Source: Acidimicrobiales bacterium (GTDB taxonomy: Bacteria > Actinomycetota > Acidimicrobiia > Acidimicrobiales > RAAP-2). From it: a stretch of 64,000 nucleotides of DNA. The notes below the pieces were generated by a model. That model saw only the letters and a list, made by a program, of their open reading frames with translations. It was not told the origin of the DNA and did not search any database. The stretch is from the NCBI GenBank assembly GCA_035547695.1, contig DASZUK010000004.1, forward strand, positions 1,299 through 65,298, given 5' to 3'. Both the position numbers and the translations under genes were made by a program. Below, in pieces: positions 8,539 to 16,543 of the stretch. How positions within the stretch are numbered: position 1 is the first letter of the stretch; each line of letters starts with the position of its first letter.

Positions 8539-8583
8539 GGTAGGCCCGGGCCGGCCGAGGCCCTGTTCCGGGAGGGGCCTACC
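8539..8583. terminator. GC-rich hairpin between convergent genes
   Basis: GGTAGGCCC (8539-8547) pairs perfectly with GGGCCTACC (8575-8583). The loop contains an inner GGGCC/GGCCC pair. It sits directly after the amidohydrolase stop. Confidence 0.5.
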
Positions 8584-8634
8584 GGCGCTGGGCCGGCTGG
8601 CACCGGCGCAGCGCAACCGAAGTCTCCTCCACAT

Positions 8635-9111
8635 TCACGGTGTGATGACCACCGTGATGTTGGCACCGAAGGCGAGACCACCACATGCGCCGGCAAAGGC
8701 ATCTGTAGGTGCTCTGAGGACAAGTGTGAACTTGAGCGGAGGATAGACCGGTGTTGGTGTCACCGGAGGTGTGCGGAATAGCGATACAACGCAGACAGCT
8801 CCCCCGGGGATCCTGAGCACCACTGTTCCAGCAACGAATCTTGTCAGCGGTGCAGGTGTCAATACGATTGTAAGTGTCGCGGTGATGCCGCCTCCGGCTG
8901 TGCATCCGCGACCGACGACGAATCCAGCGATTGTTGTGGCTAGGGCGGCTGTACAAATGATGGCACCCAACCCGGCTGCCGTGACCACAACACGCACTGG
9001 ACCGTTTATTGGTGTCGCACCGGCGACGGTGGCACCAGAAAACGTGATCCCTCCGAGTGGAAGAAGCAATGCCGCGGCGATACCGCATGACTTCACGAGC
9101 TGTGACTTCAC
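8635..9111 (-). CDS. orphan small secreted/membrane-anchored protein (no family recognised), foreign codon usage
   Basis: 158-aa ORF. An AGGAGG SD lies 7 nt upstream of GTG 9111. The N-terminal signal/anchor is MKSQLVKSCGIAAALLLPLGG. The protein is T/G/V/A-rich with several Cys. Third codon positions are A/T-rich, unlike all neighbours. Confidence 0.6.
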   Translation of the reverse strand: MKSQLVKSCGIAAALLLPLGGITFSGATVAGATPINGPVRVVVTAAGLGAIICTAALATTIAGFVVGRGCTAGGGITATLTIVLTPAPLTRFVAGTVVLRIPGGAVCVVSLFRTPPVTPTPVYPPLKFTLVLRAPTDAFAGACGGLAFGANITVVITP

Positions 9112-9187
9112 AGTTATTCCTCCTATGCGACCGAACGAACAGGGTGGTGCTGATTGTCGGTCGTCTACTCGGTACCCCCCAGTCAGC

Positions 9188-9199
9188 TTAATTAATTAA
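9188..9199. promoter_or_regulatory. TTAATTAATTAA perfect palindrome overlapping the -10 region of a TTGACT-N17 promoter for the 8635..9111 gene
   Basis: The minus strand reads TTGACT-cgagcagacttccctgt-TAATTAATTAA about 75 nt upstream of the GTG. The 12-mer carries stop codons in all six frames. Confidence 0.4.
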
Positions 9200-9473
9200 C
9201 AGGGAAGTCTGCTCGAGTCAATATTTTACAGAAAGAGAAAGAAAAAATCCTATTACGATGTGAAAAATTCTTAAGGCGACACATACAAAAGGCCTTTCCA
9301 ACTCAAAGTTATAGGCCGGGCTTGGTGCCTTTGCTGTTGCCGCGTCGATCGCCACGGGGCCGGCGCGGTCGGCGACGAGACGTCAGCCCGCCTTCGCCTG
9401 GGCGCCGTGGCGTGCCGGCAGGTGGCTTGGTCCTGGCCCGTCCCGCCGCACGCCGTCCTGCCATAGTGGCGGG

Positions 9474-10433
9474 ATGCGGCTCGGCATCTTCCTGGACCTC
9501 CGGAACCCCTCGCAGTGGCAGCGGCCGTGGGCCGACCACTACCGGCAGCAGTTGGACCTCGTCGTGGAGGCCGAACGGCTGGGCGCCGGCAGCGTGTGGC
9601 TGACCGAGCACCACCGGTTCGACGACGGCTACCTGACCCAGCCGTTGACGCTGGCCGCCGCGGTGGCCGCCCGGACGAGCACCGTCCGCATCGGCACCGC
9701 CATCCTGCTGGCCCCGTTGCGGCACCCGGTGCACATCGCCGAGGAGGCCACCGTGGTGGACCTGGTGTCCGGCGGCCGGGTCGAGATCGGCCTCGGCGCC
9801 GGCTACGTGGCCGAGGAGTACCGGCTGTTCGGGGTGGACCCCGCCGGCCGGTACGGCGTCACCGACGCCACCTACCGCGAGCTCCGTCGGCTGCTGGACG
9901 GCGACGAGCTGACCCCGCCGCCCCTGCAGCGGCCGTTCCCGCTGTGGCTGGGGTACCAGGGGCCCCGCAACGCCCGCCGCGCCGGGCGGTTGGGGGCAGG
10001 GCTGCTCACCCTGAACCGGCAGGCCTTCGACCACTACACGGCCGGCCGGGCCGCCGCCGGCCACGACCCCGCCGCCGCCCGGGTCAGCGGCCTCGTGGAC
10101 GTGGTGGTGGCCGACGACCCCGACCGGGCATGGGCCCAGATCGTGCCGCACTACCTGCACCAGCTCAACACCTACCGCGAGGCCGGTGGTGCCGGCGCGC
10201 CGCTGACCGCCGCCGACCTCGGTGACCGCCACGGCAAGGGCGGGGCCGCGGTCAACGTGAAGCTGGCGGTTCTGTCCGTCGACGAGGCCGTCGCCGACAT
10301 CCGGCGGCGGACCGACGGGCTGCCGGTGGTGCACGCCTACGCCTGGGCCACCGTCGGCGGCATGCCCGACGACCTCAGCCTCCGGCACGTCCAGCTACTG
10401 CTCGGTCCGGTCCGCCAGGCCCTGGGGGCCTGA
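9474..10433 (+). CDS. LLM-class flavin-dependent oxidoreductase
   Basis: 319-aa ORF with MRLGIFLD, WLTEHHRFDDGY and GRVEIGLGAGY. Confidence 0.88.
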   Translation: MRLGIFLDLRNPSQWQRPWADHYRQQLDLVVEAERLGAGSVWLTEHHRFDDGYLTQPLTLAAAVAARTSTVRIGTAILLAPLRHPVHIAEEATVVDLVSGGRVEIGLGAGYVAEEYRLFGVDPAGRYGVTDATYRELRRLLDGDELTPPPLQRPFPLWLGYQGPRNARRAGRLGAGLLTLNRQAFDHYTAGRAAAGHDPAAARVSGLVDVVVADDPDRAWAQIVPHYLHQLNTYREAGGAGAPLTAADLGDRHGKGGAAVNVKLAVLSVDEAVADIRRRTDGLPVVHAYAWATVGGMPDDLSLRHVQLLLGPVRQALGA

Positions 10434-10503
10434 AGACAGGAGCCGGAGACGGGGGCCGGAAGACGGGAGCCGGAGACGGGGGCCCGAAGACGGGCCGGAG
10501 ACG
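10432..10503. repeat. 27-bp tandem repeat x2.7 starting inside the LLM stop codon
   Basis: Copies: gaagacaggagccggagacgggggccg (10432-10458), gaagacgggagccggagacgggggccc (10459-10485) and a partial third copy. Confidence 0.9.
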
Positions 10504-10531
10504 TCTCCGCGGCGACGTCTCCGCGGAGACG
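10496..10531. terminator. palindrome cluster between convergent genes (putative bidirectional terminator)
   Basis: CGGAGACGTCTCCG (10496-10509) and CGTCTCCGCGGAGACG (10516-10531) are perfect palindromes. They lie between stop 10433 (+) and stop 10535 (-). Confidence 0.5.
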
Positions 10532-10534
10532 CGT

Positions 10535-11518
10535 TCAGGCGACGACGACCGGGTTGACCGGGCTGCCGGACCCGCCGGTGACCAACAGGGGGGCGGCCAC
10601 GAACAGGCCCTCCACGACGCCGTCGGCGGCCATCGGGGTCAGCACCAGGTGCTCGAACAGGACCACCCCCAGTTGGTGCAGCAGGGCCACGTGCACCGGC
10701 AGGTAGCCGCCGTTGTCGAACGGGATCACCTCCACCGCGGCGTTGTCGGCCCCCACCGCCGCCAGGTCGTGGTCGGCGACGAAGTCCACCGTGGACAGGT
10801 CCAGGCCGGGCTGGGCGTACGGCGGCTTCTCCCCGCGGCCCAGCGAGGCGAACAGGTCCAACCAGCCGGTGCGGACCAGCAGCACGTCCCCGGCGGCCAG
10901 GGTCACCCCGGCGGCCGACCGGCAGGCCTCCAGCAGGTCGGCGTCCACCCGCTGCCCCGGCTCCAGCCAGTCCACCCCCAGGTGGCCCGCCACGTCCAGC
11001 AGCACCGCCCGGCCCACCACCGACCCCACCTTCTCGATCCCGCACCGCGACGCCCCCCGGTTGGCCTCCACGGCACCGGCCGAGAACCCGTTGTACAGGG
11101 TGCCGTCCGACACGCAGTGGGCCAGGGCGTCCATGTGGGTGCCGTTGTGAGTGGGCACCGTCAGGACGTCCTCGTTGAACCCCACGGTGCCGTCGGAGCC
11201 GAGCTTGGCGAACATGTCCTTGTCGGTGTCCCGGAACAGCGCGTACCGCTCCGGGGTCGGCCGGAAGTCGATCAGCGGCACCCCCTTGCGCTGCACCTTC
11301 AGCCCCAGGGCATAGGTCCGGCCGGTTCGGCAGGCGGCCGCCCCGGCCAGCACCTGGGCCGGCCCGATCAGGTTGAGGGCCCCCCGCTCGTCGTCGGCTC
11401 CCCACCGACCCCAGTTGTGCCGGGCGCCGCCGCCGGTGCCGCCGGTGCCGCCGCCGGTGTCGCCGGGGGCTCCGGTGCCGTCGGGGGCTGGGGTCGGTTC
11501 GATGGTGGCGTCAGTCAT
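10535..11518 (-). CDS. cyclase-family protein (kynurenine-formamidase-like metal hydrolase)
   Basis: 327-aa ORF with the family motif HNGTHMDALAH and DVLLVRTGW. Confidence 0.88.
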   Translation of the reverse strand: MTDATIEPTPAPDGTGAPGDTGGGTGGTGGGARHNWGRWGADDERGALNLIGPAQVLAGAAACRTGRTYALGLKVQRKGVPLIDFRPTPERYALFRDTDKDMFAKLGSDGTVGFNEDVLTVPTHNGTHMDALAHCVSDGTLYNGFSAGAVEANRGASRCGIEKVGSVVGRAVLLDVAGHLGVDWLEPGQRVDADLLEACRSAAGVTLAAGDVLLVRTGWLDLFASLGRGEKPPYAQPGLDLSTVDFVADHDLAAVGADNAAVEVIPFDNGGYLPVHVALLHQLGVVLFEHLVLTPMAADGVVEGLFVAAPLLVTGGSGSPVNPVVVA

Positions 11519-11538
11519 GGCGACGCCATACTAGGAAG

Positions 11539-12672
11539 GTGAACCCCGGGTCGGACCAGGTGCCGCCGGACCAGGTGCCGCCGGGCCAGGTGCTGTCGGA
11601 CCAGGTACTGGACGACGCCCTGGCCGCCCTGGACGGCTACGGGCCGGAGTTCGGCCACGGGCTGGCCAACCATGGCCCGATGGCCGCCGAGGCGTTGGTG
11701 GCCCTGGGCCGGTCCGAGGACGTGCCGGCGTTCGTCACCGCCTACCGCCGCCGCCTGCGGCCGGCACCGCCGCCCGGGCGGGCCCTGCCGCCCGGGGAGT
11801 GGGAGGGCGCGCTCGGCCGGGTCGACCGGTGGGCGGACTGGGTGGCCCTGTTCGACCGCGAGCTGGACGCGGAGCCGTTCGACGAGGTGACGGCCCGATG
11901 GGTGCCGCGGCTGGCCCCGGGGTCGATGGCCGCGGCCACCCACGGGTTGATCCGCACCGCCCACGCCGTCCGGTCGCTGTGCCGGGCCGGGGCCACCCCC
12001 GGCTCGGACCGGCCGGCGGCGCCGTCGCGGCGACGGGACGAGCTGGCCCGGGGGCTGGCCTACTGGGCGGCCCGGTACCAGGAGGTGCCGGGGCCGCCGT
12101 TGCTGGTCGGCCGCGACGGGGTGGAGGCGGCGCTGGCCGGCCTGCCGGTCCTCCCGGAGGAGGCCCCCCGGGAATGGTTGATCGCCGACCGGGTGCGGCA
12201 CCTGGACATGGTGGCGGCGCCGTTCGAGCAGGCGGTGGCCGCCCTGGCGCCGCCGGACGACCCGGCGGCGGCCCTGGCCCAGTTGGCCGCCGGCGGCGCG
12301 GTGGCCTACCTGGCCAACGCCGAGGACGGTGACGCCGTGGCCCTGGTCCATGCCGTCACCGCCCCGATGGCCCTGGACCTGCTGTTGCCGGTGGTCGACG
12401 GGGCCGACCGGCCGACGGTGTTCGCCTACGCCTGGCAGGCCGTGGCCGCCCTGCACGCCTGCTTCGCCCCCCGCCGCGGCGCCCCCCCGGCAGTCGACGA
12501 CCGGGGTGGCGACGACGAGCCGTTCGACCAGGCCGTGCTGGCCGCCGCGGCCGCGGCCAGTGGGGACGAGCACGCCATCAAGCTGGCCGAGGCCGCCTAC
12601 CGGGCGTACGCCGCCACCGGCCACCCGGCGCTGCCGGCCGCCGCGGTGGACGCCGCCTCCCGGCTGGGCTGA
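11539..12672 (+). CDS. questin-oxidase-like protein (DUF4243 family)
   Basis: 377-aa ORF with GLANHGPMAAEALVALG, ATHGLIRTAHAVR and LVHAVTAP. The N-terminus carries a 4 x 5-aa repeat, so the true start is uncertain. Confidence 0.72.
   Translation: MNPGSDQVPPDQVPPGQVLSDQVLDDALAALDGYGPEFGHGLANHGPMAAEALVALGRSEDVPAFVTAYRRRLRPAPPPGRALPPGEWEGALGRVDRWADWVALFDRELDAEPFDEVTARWVPRLAPGSMAAATHGLIRTAHAVRSLCRAGATPGSDRPAAPSRRRDELARGLAYWAARYQEVPGPPLLVGRDGVEAALAGLPVLPEEAPREWLIADRVRHLDMVAAPFEQAVAALAPPDDPAAALAQLAAGGAVAYLANAEDGDAVALVHAVTAPMALDLLLPVVDGADRPTVFAYAWQAVAALHACFAPRRGAPPAVDDRGGDDEPFDQAVLAAAAAASGDEHAIKLAEAAYRAYAATGHPALPAAAVDAASRLG
11554..11613 (+). repeat. 15-bp in-frame tandem repeat x4 (DQVPP DQVPP GQVLS DQVLD)
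   Basis: gaccaggtgccgccg occurs twice perfectly (11554-11583), followed by ggccaggtgctgtcg and gaccaggtactggac. Confidence 0.9.
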
Positions 12673-12735
12673 GCCGGCCCAGTTGAGAAATTCGCCTTGT
12701 TCTGGATCAGTTTTGGCCGGCGCTACTGTTGATGG

Positions 12736-13576
12736 ATGGCGAAGGGATCAGTTGCTCGGCGACCACGTCTTGCGAAGGATCATCCCTGTTCGGCGGCCTT
12801 TCTCGATGAATCTGGGGCCATCTCGGCCGATCGGTTTTTCTCCGTAGGGCTGCTCAAGATGGAGGAGCCAGCGAGACTGTTGCGAAAGCTGCAAAAATTT
12901 CGGGGATAGAAAGCATTGGTACACGGAGATCAAGTTTTCGACAATCAGCTCAGCCAATACCGCCGCGTTGTACCAGGAGGTGCTCGACCTCTGCCTGGGA
13001 ACCGGTTTGCTCGAGTTCTTCTGCTTCGTCGCCGACCGAAAAGTCGCAGACCCCGTTGCCAGGTTCAGTACCCAGTGGGATGCCTACGGGAAGCTGGCCG
13101 AGCAGCTCGTCGTAGCCGCGACCCATCCGGATGAACTGGTGTCCATCATGGCTGACAACTATTCGACCCCAGATCACATCTTGTTCGAAGAGGATCTCAA
13201 GGCATCTGTCAACCGGAGGCTTCGCCGGTTGGCAGTTGTCATGGTCTGTCGGCTTGACTCTCGTTCGTCGGATGGATTGCAACTCGCCGATCTTCTTACC
13301 TCGGCGGCAACGTTCGAGTTTCGTGCCGAAGCTGGCTTGGCCTCCCACACAAGTCACAAGGGGATCGTGGCGAGCCACCTGCGTGACATGCTTGGCGCCT
13401 CCACCTTTCTTTCCGGTTGGCGCAAGTCAACGCACAGCGTCCAGATTTACAAGGATGGGACGGCAACTACTAGGCAACTACTACTGGAATCCCGCGTGCT
13501 CCGTGATCCAGACCTGCAACCCATACTGCGACCATGGTTGCGTTTCCATGGTTGCGTTTCTTTGGGCAGGGAGTAA
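12736..13576 (+). pseudogene. DUF3800-family gene split by a +1 frameshift, inside a low-G+C islet
   Basis: The frame-1 segment 12736-12909 reads MAKGSVARRPRLAKDHPCSAAFLDESGAISADRFFSVGLLKMEEPARLLRKLQKFRG* and has the DUF3800 N-terminal xDESG motif. The frame-2 continuation (DRKHWYTEIKFSTISS..., track ORF 12968..13576) has the C-terminal DGLQLADLL motif. The frames switch at the CAAAAATTT run (12892-12900). Confidence 0.55.
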
Positions 13577-13625
13577 CATATTGCCATCGGGTGTGGACCC
13601 TCGGGGTCTTTAGCCCGTGGATTTA

Positions 13626-13657
13626 GGAATGGCTCGGCCTTCGTGCCGAGCCATTCC
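13626..13657. terminator. perfect 13-bp-stem hairpin between convergent genes
   Basis: GGAATGGCTCGGC (13626-13638), loop CTTCGT, then GCCGAGCCATTCC (13645-13657). Confidence 0.65.
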
Positions 13658-13666
13658 GCGTCTGGT

Positions 13667-14443
13667 TCAGAACAGGGTGGCCGGCTCCGGGTCGGCGCCG
13701 ACGGGGACGACCAGGGCGGGGTCGTCGTGGCGGACGTTGCCCACCCGTTGGTCGACGGGGTGGTGGACCAGGGTGCCGGCGGGGGGCGGCCGGAGCAGGC
13801 CGGCCAGCTCGTCGTGGTCGGCTACGGCGGGGTCGACCCAGAGGTCGACGAGGTCTCGGGCCAGCACCACCGGCATGCGGTCGTGGACGCCGTCCATGTC
13901 CTGGCTGGCGGTGGTGGTGATGACGGCGCAGGTCCGGACGGCCGGCCGCCCGGCGGCCTCCGGCCGGGGGTCGCGCCAGTCGGCCCACAGCCCGGCGAGG
14001 GCCAGCGGCTGGCTGTCGGCGCGTCGGAAGTAGTGCGGCCGGCGGCGGCTGCCGGGGCCCTTGCGCCACTCGTAGAACCCGTCGGCCAGCACCACCGCCC
14101 GGTGCCGGTCGAAGGCGTCCCGGAACGACGACCGGGTGGCCACCGATTCGGCCCGGGCGTTGAACAGCCGGCTGCCCGGCGACGGGTCGGCCGCCCCGGC
14201 CGGGACGAGGCCCCAGCGGAACCGGTCGAGGACCAGCGGCAGCCGGGCCGGGCCGTCGCCGTCGGGGGACCCGACCGGCCGGCCGTCGGTCCCGGAGCCG
14301 CCGCCGAAGCGGAGGCCGAGGACGTCGGTGGTGGGGGCCACGTTCCAGCGCGGCGCCAGGTCGCCGGCGCCGGCGGCCAGCTCGGCGTCGAACAGCCGGG
14401 CCAGGGTGTCCGGCGGGGTGTACAGGGCGATCCGGCCGCACAT
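13667..14443 (-). CDS. SOS-response-associated peptidase (SRAP / YedK / HMCES family, abasic-site processing)
   Basis: 258-aa ORF starting MCGR (catalytic Cys2), with WNVAPT and ADGFYEW. Confidence 0.9.
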   Translation of the reverse strand: MCGRIALYTPPDTLARLFDAELAAGAGDLAPRWNVAPTTDVLGLRFGGGSGTDGRPVGSPDGDGPARLPLVLDRFRWGLVPAGAADPSPGSRLFNARAESVATRSSFRDAFDRHRAVVLADGFYEWRKGPGSRRRPHYFRRADSQPLALAGLWADWRDPRPEAAGRPAVRTCAVITTTASQDMDGVHDRMPVVLARDLVDLWVDPAVADHDELAGLLRPPPAGTLVHHPVDQRVGNVRHDDPALVVPVGADPEPATLF

Positions 14444-14559
14444 GGTGGGCTCAGGCTAATGGTGGGCCGGGCTACGGGTTGGCCGCCGCCCGGGCCGCCA
14501 GCGCGGGGCGGCCAGCGTGGGCGGCCCAGCGCGGGCGGCCAGCGGGGCGGGCCGGAGAG

Positions 14560-15621
14560 TCAGCGGACCAGGCCGCGGCCGGTGATGAGGGGGAGGTCCA
14601 GGGCGGTGACGAGGCCGGCGGGGGCGGCGACGACGGCGGGGACGGCGTTGACCAGCCGCATGGCGGTGGCCTTGAGGCCGGCGGTGTTGTGGTCGCCGTC
14701 GGTGCCCAGCAACTGGAGGTCCAGGGTGTAGTGGGGTTCGCCGGTGACCACCACCCGGTAGCAGCCCTGGCCGGCCGGCTGCGGCCAGTCCGGGGCCAGG
14801 TCGTCACGGAGCCGGGTGACGTGCTCGAGGACCACCACCGGCCGGTCGTGCCAGATGCCGCGGACGCAGAAGTGGAGGCCGGCGGCGGTGCCGGCCGGGA
14901 CCGGGCCGGCGTCGACGGTGAAGTCGTCGGGCGCCGGCACCCGCTCGTACCACTCGTCGATCCGGTCCAGCTCGATGCCGAGGCCGGCGGCAAGCTGCCG
15001 GACGACGCTGCCCCAGGCCATGGTGAGGACGCCGGGCTGCAGCAGCATGGGCACCTGGTCCATGGGCCGGGCGAACCCCATGATGTCGAACAGCACCATC
15101 GGCTGGTCGTAGGTGGCGTAGTTCAGCACCTCCAGGCACCGGACCTCTTCGATGCGCTCGCTGATCCCGGTGAGCACCAGGGGCAGGACGTCGTTGGCGA
15201 AGCCGGGGTCGACGCCGTTGACGAAGAGGGAGGCCCCGCCGGCGGCCGCGGCCTCCCGGAGGGGGGCTGCCAACGGATCGCCGGGGGCGGGGTACTGCAG
15301 GAACACCGGCCCGGACGACACCACGTTGACCCCGGCGCGGAGGAACCGCTCCAGGTCGCCCAGGGCCTCCATCAGCCGGTCGTCGGCCATGGCGGAGTGC
15401 ACGATGCAGTCCGGCCGCAGCGCCAGCAGGGCGTCGGCGTCGGTGGTGGCCGCCACCCCGAGGTCGTGGTCGAGGCCGGCGAGGCGGCCGGCGTCCTGGC
15501 CGGCCTTGGCCGGGTTGGACACGAACAGGCCGACCAGTTCGATGTCGGGATGGGCGTCGATGCCGGCCAGGACGTGCCGACCGACGTTGCCGGTGCTCCA
15601 GGCCACCACTCGCAGGGCCAT
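14560..15621 (-). CDS. DapB-N-like NAD(P)-binding protein (amine dehydrogenase / diaminopentanoate dehydrogenase-type family)
   Basis: 353-aa ORF with a Rossmann start MALRVVAWSTGNVGRH. A GAGGAGGAGG SD lies upstream. Confidence 0.8.
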   Translation of the reverse strand: MALRVVAWSTGNVGRHVLAGIDAHPDIELVGLFVSNPAKAGQDAGRLAGLDHDLGVAATTDADALLALRPDCIVHSAMADDRLMEALGDLERFLRAGVNVVSSGPVFLQYPAPGDPLAAPLREAAAAGGASLFVNGVDPGFANDVLPLVLTGISERIEEVRCLEVLNYATYDQPMVLFDIMGFARPMDQVPMLLQPGVLTMAWGSVVRQLAAGLGIELDRIDEWYERVPAPDDFTVDAGPVPAGTAAGLHFCVRGIWHDRPVVVLEHVTRLRDDLAPDWPQPAGQGCYRVVVTGEPHYTLDLQLLGTDGDHNTAGLKATAMRLVNAVPAVVAAPAGLVTALDLPLITGRGLVR

Positions 15622-15646
15622 GGGTCCTCCTCCTCGGGGTGGGGGA

Positions 15647-16435
15647 CTACAGGTCGGGCAGACCGAAGTCCAGGTTGGGCACGTCCAGGCCGCCGTCGGC
15701 CTCCAGCACCTTGCCGGTCACGAACGACCCGGCGTCCGACGCCAGGAACAGGACGGCGGCGGCGATCTCGGTGGGGTCGGCGATCCGCCGCAGCGGGGTG
15801 GCCTGCTCCATGGTGGTCCGCAGCTCGTCGCTCTGCAGCACGATGTCCAGCGCGGAGGTCGCCGTGGACCCCACCCCGACGGCGTTGACCCGGATGCGGG
15901 GGGCCAGGTCCTTGGCGGCCAGCCGGGTGTAGTGGGTCAGGGCGGCCTTGACGGTTCCGTAGGCCAGGTAGCCGCGGCCGGCGGCGCGGCCCATGACCGA
16001 CGAGATGTTGACGACGGACCCGCCGCCGCCGGCCAGCATGACCGGCACGGCGGCCCGCACCAGGGCGTGGGCGGTGGCCACGTTGAAGTGGAACGCCTCC
16101 TCCAGGAACCTCGGGGAGGTGTCCAGGAGGGGCCGCGGCATGGTGCCGCCGACGTTGTTGACCAGCACGTCGACGCGGCCGAACGCCTGCTGGGCGGCAC
16201 CGGCCAGGCCGGCCACGGCGTCCAGGTCGTTGAGGTCGGCGGCCACCACCAGGGCCCGCCGGCCGGCGGCCTCCACCTGGCCGGCCACCGCCCGTAGCTG
16301 CTCGTCGGTCCGGGCGGCCAGCACCACGTCGGCACCGGCTTCGGCCAGGGCCACCGCCGAGGCCGCCCCGATGCCGCGGCCGGCGCCGGTCACGATGGCC
16401 ACCCGGTCGGTCAGGTGGAACCGGTCAAGGATCAT
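15647..16435 (-). CDS. short-chain dehydrogenase/reductase (FabG-like SDR)
   Basis: 262-aa ORF with [10 protein letters not shown] (TGxxxGIG), NNVG and YGTVK (YxxxK). A GGGGAGG SD lies upstream. Confidence 0.9.
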   Translation of the reverse strand: MILDRFHLTDRVAIVTGAGRGIGAASAVALAEAGADVVLAARTDEQLRAVAGQVEAAGRRALVVAADLNDLDAVAGLAGAAQQAFGRVDVLVNNVGGTMPRPLLDTSPRFLEEAFHFNVATAHALVRAAVPVMLAGGGGSVVNISSVMGRAAGRGYLAYGTVKAALTHYTRLAAKDLAPRIRVNAVGVGSTATSALDIVLQSDELRTTMEQATPLRRIADPTEIAAAVLFLASDAGSFVTGKVLEADGGLDVPNLDFGLPDL

Positions 16436-16543
16436 CCGTCGTACCTCCCCGGCGGACTGTACCCCTGTTTTGGAACACGTTCTCGTCTGGAGCCGACGAG
16501 TGGGCTGGCCCGGGGGGCGGATCGACGTGGTGGTCGCCCGGGG

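Noticed and set aside
8771-9199. 142-aa plus-strand ORF inside the first low-GC islet.
   Set aside because: It is antisense to the 8635..9111 gene, which has a strong SD, a signal peptide and promoter-like elements. The plus ORF has no start context and reads through the AT-rich promoter region.
9171-9290. Cluster of restriction-type palindromes (GGTACC, TTAATTAA, CTCGAG, CTTAAG, AGGCCT) suggesting an engineered polylinker.
   Set aside because: About three palindromic hexamers are expected by chance in 200 bp of AT-rich sequence. The sites are dispersed, and no vector-like features accompany them.
8584-13660. The two low-GC islets as mobile elements or prophage remnants.
   Set aside because: I could find no integrase, transposase or recombinase, no terminal inverted repeats, no flanking direct repeats and no tRNA target. 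They are reported only as compositional islets.
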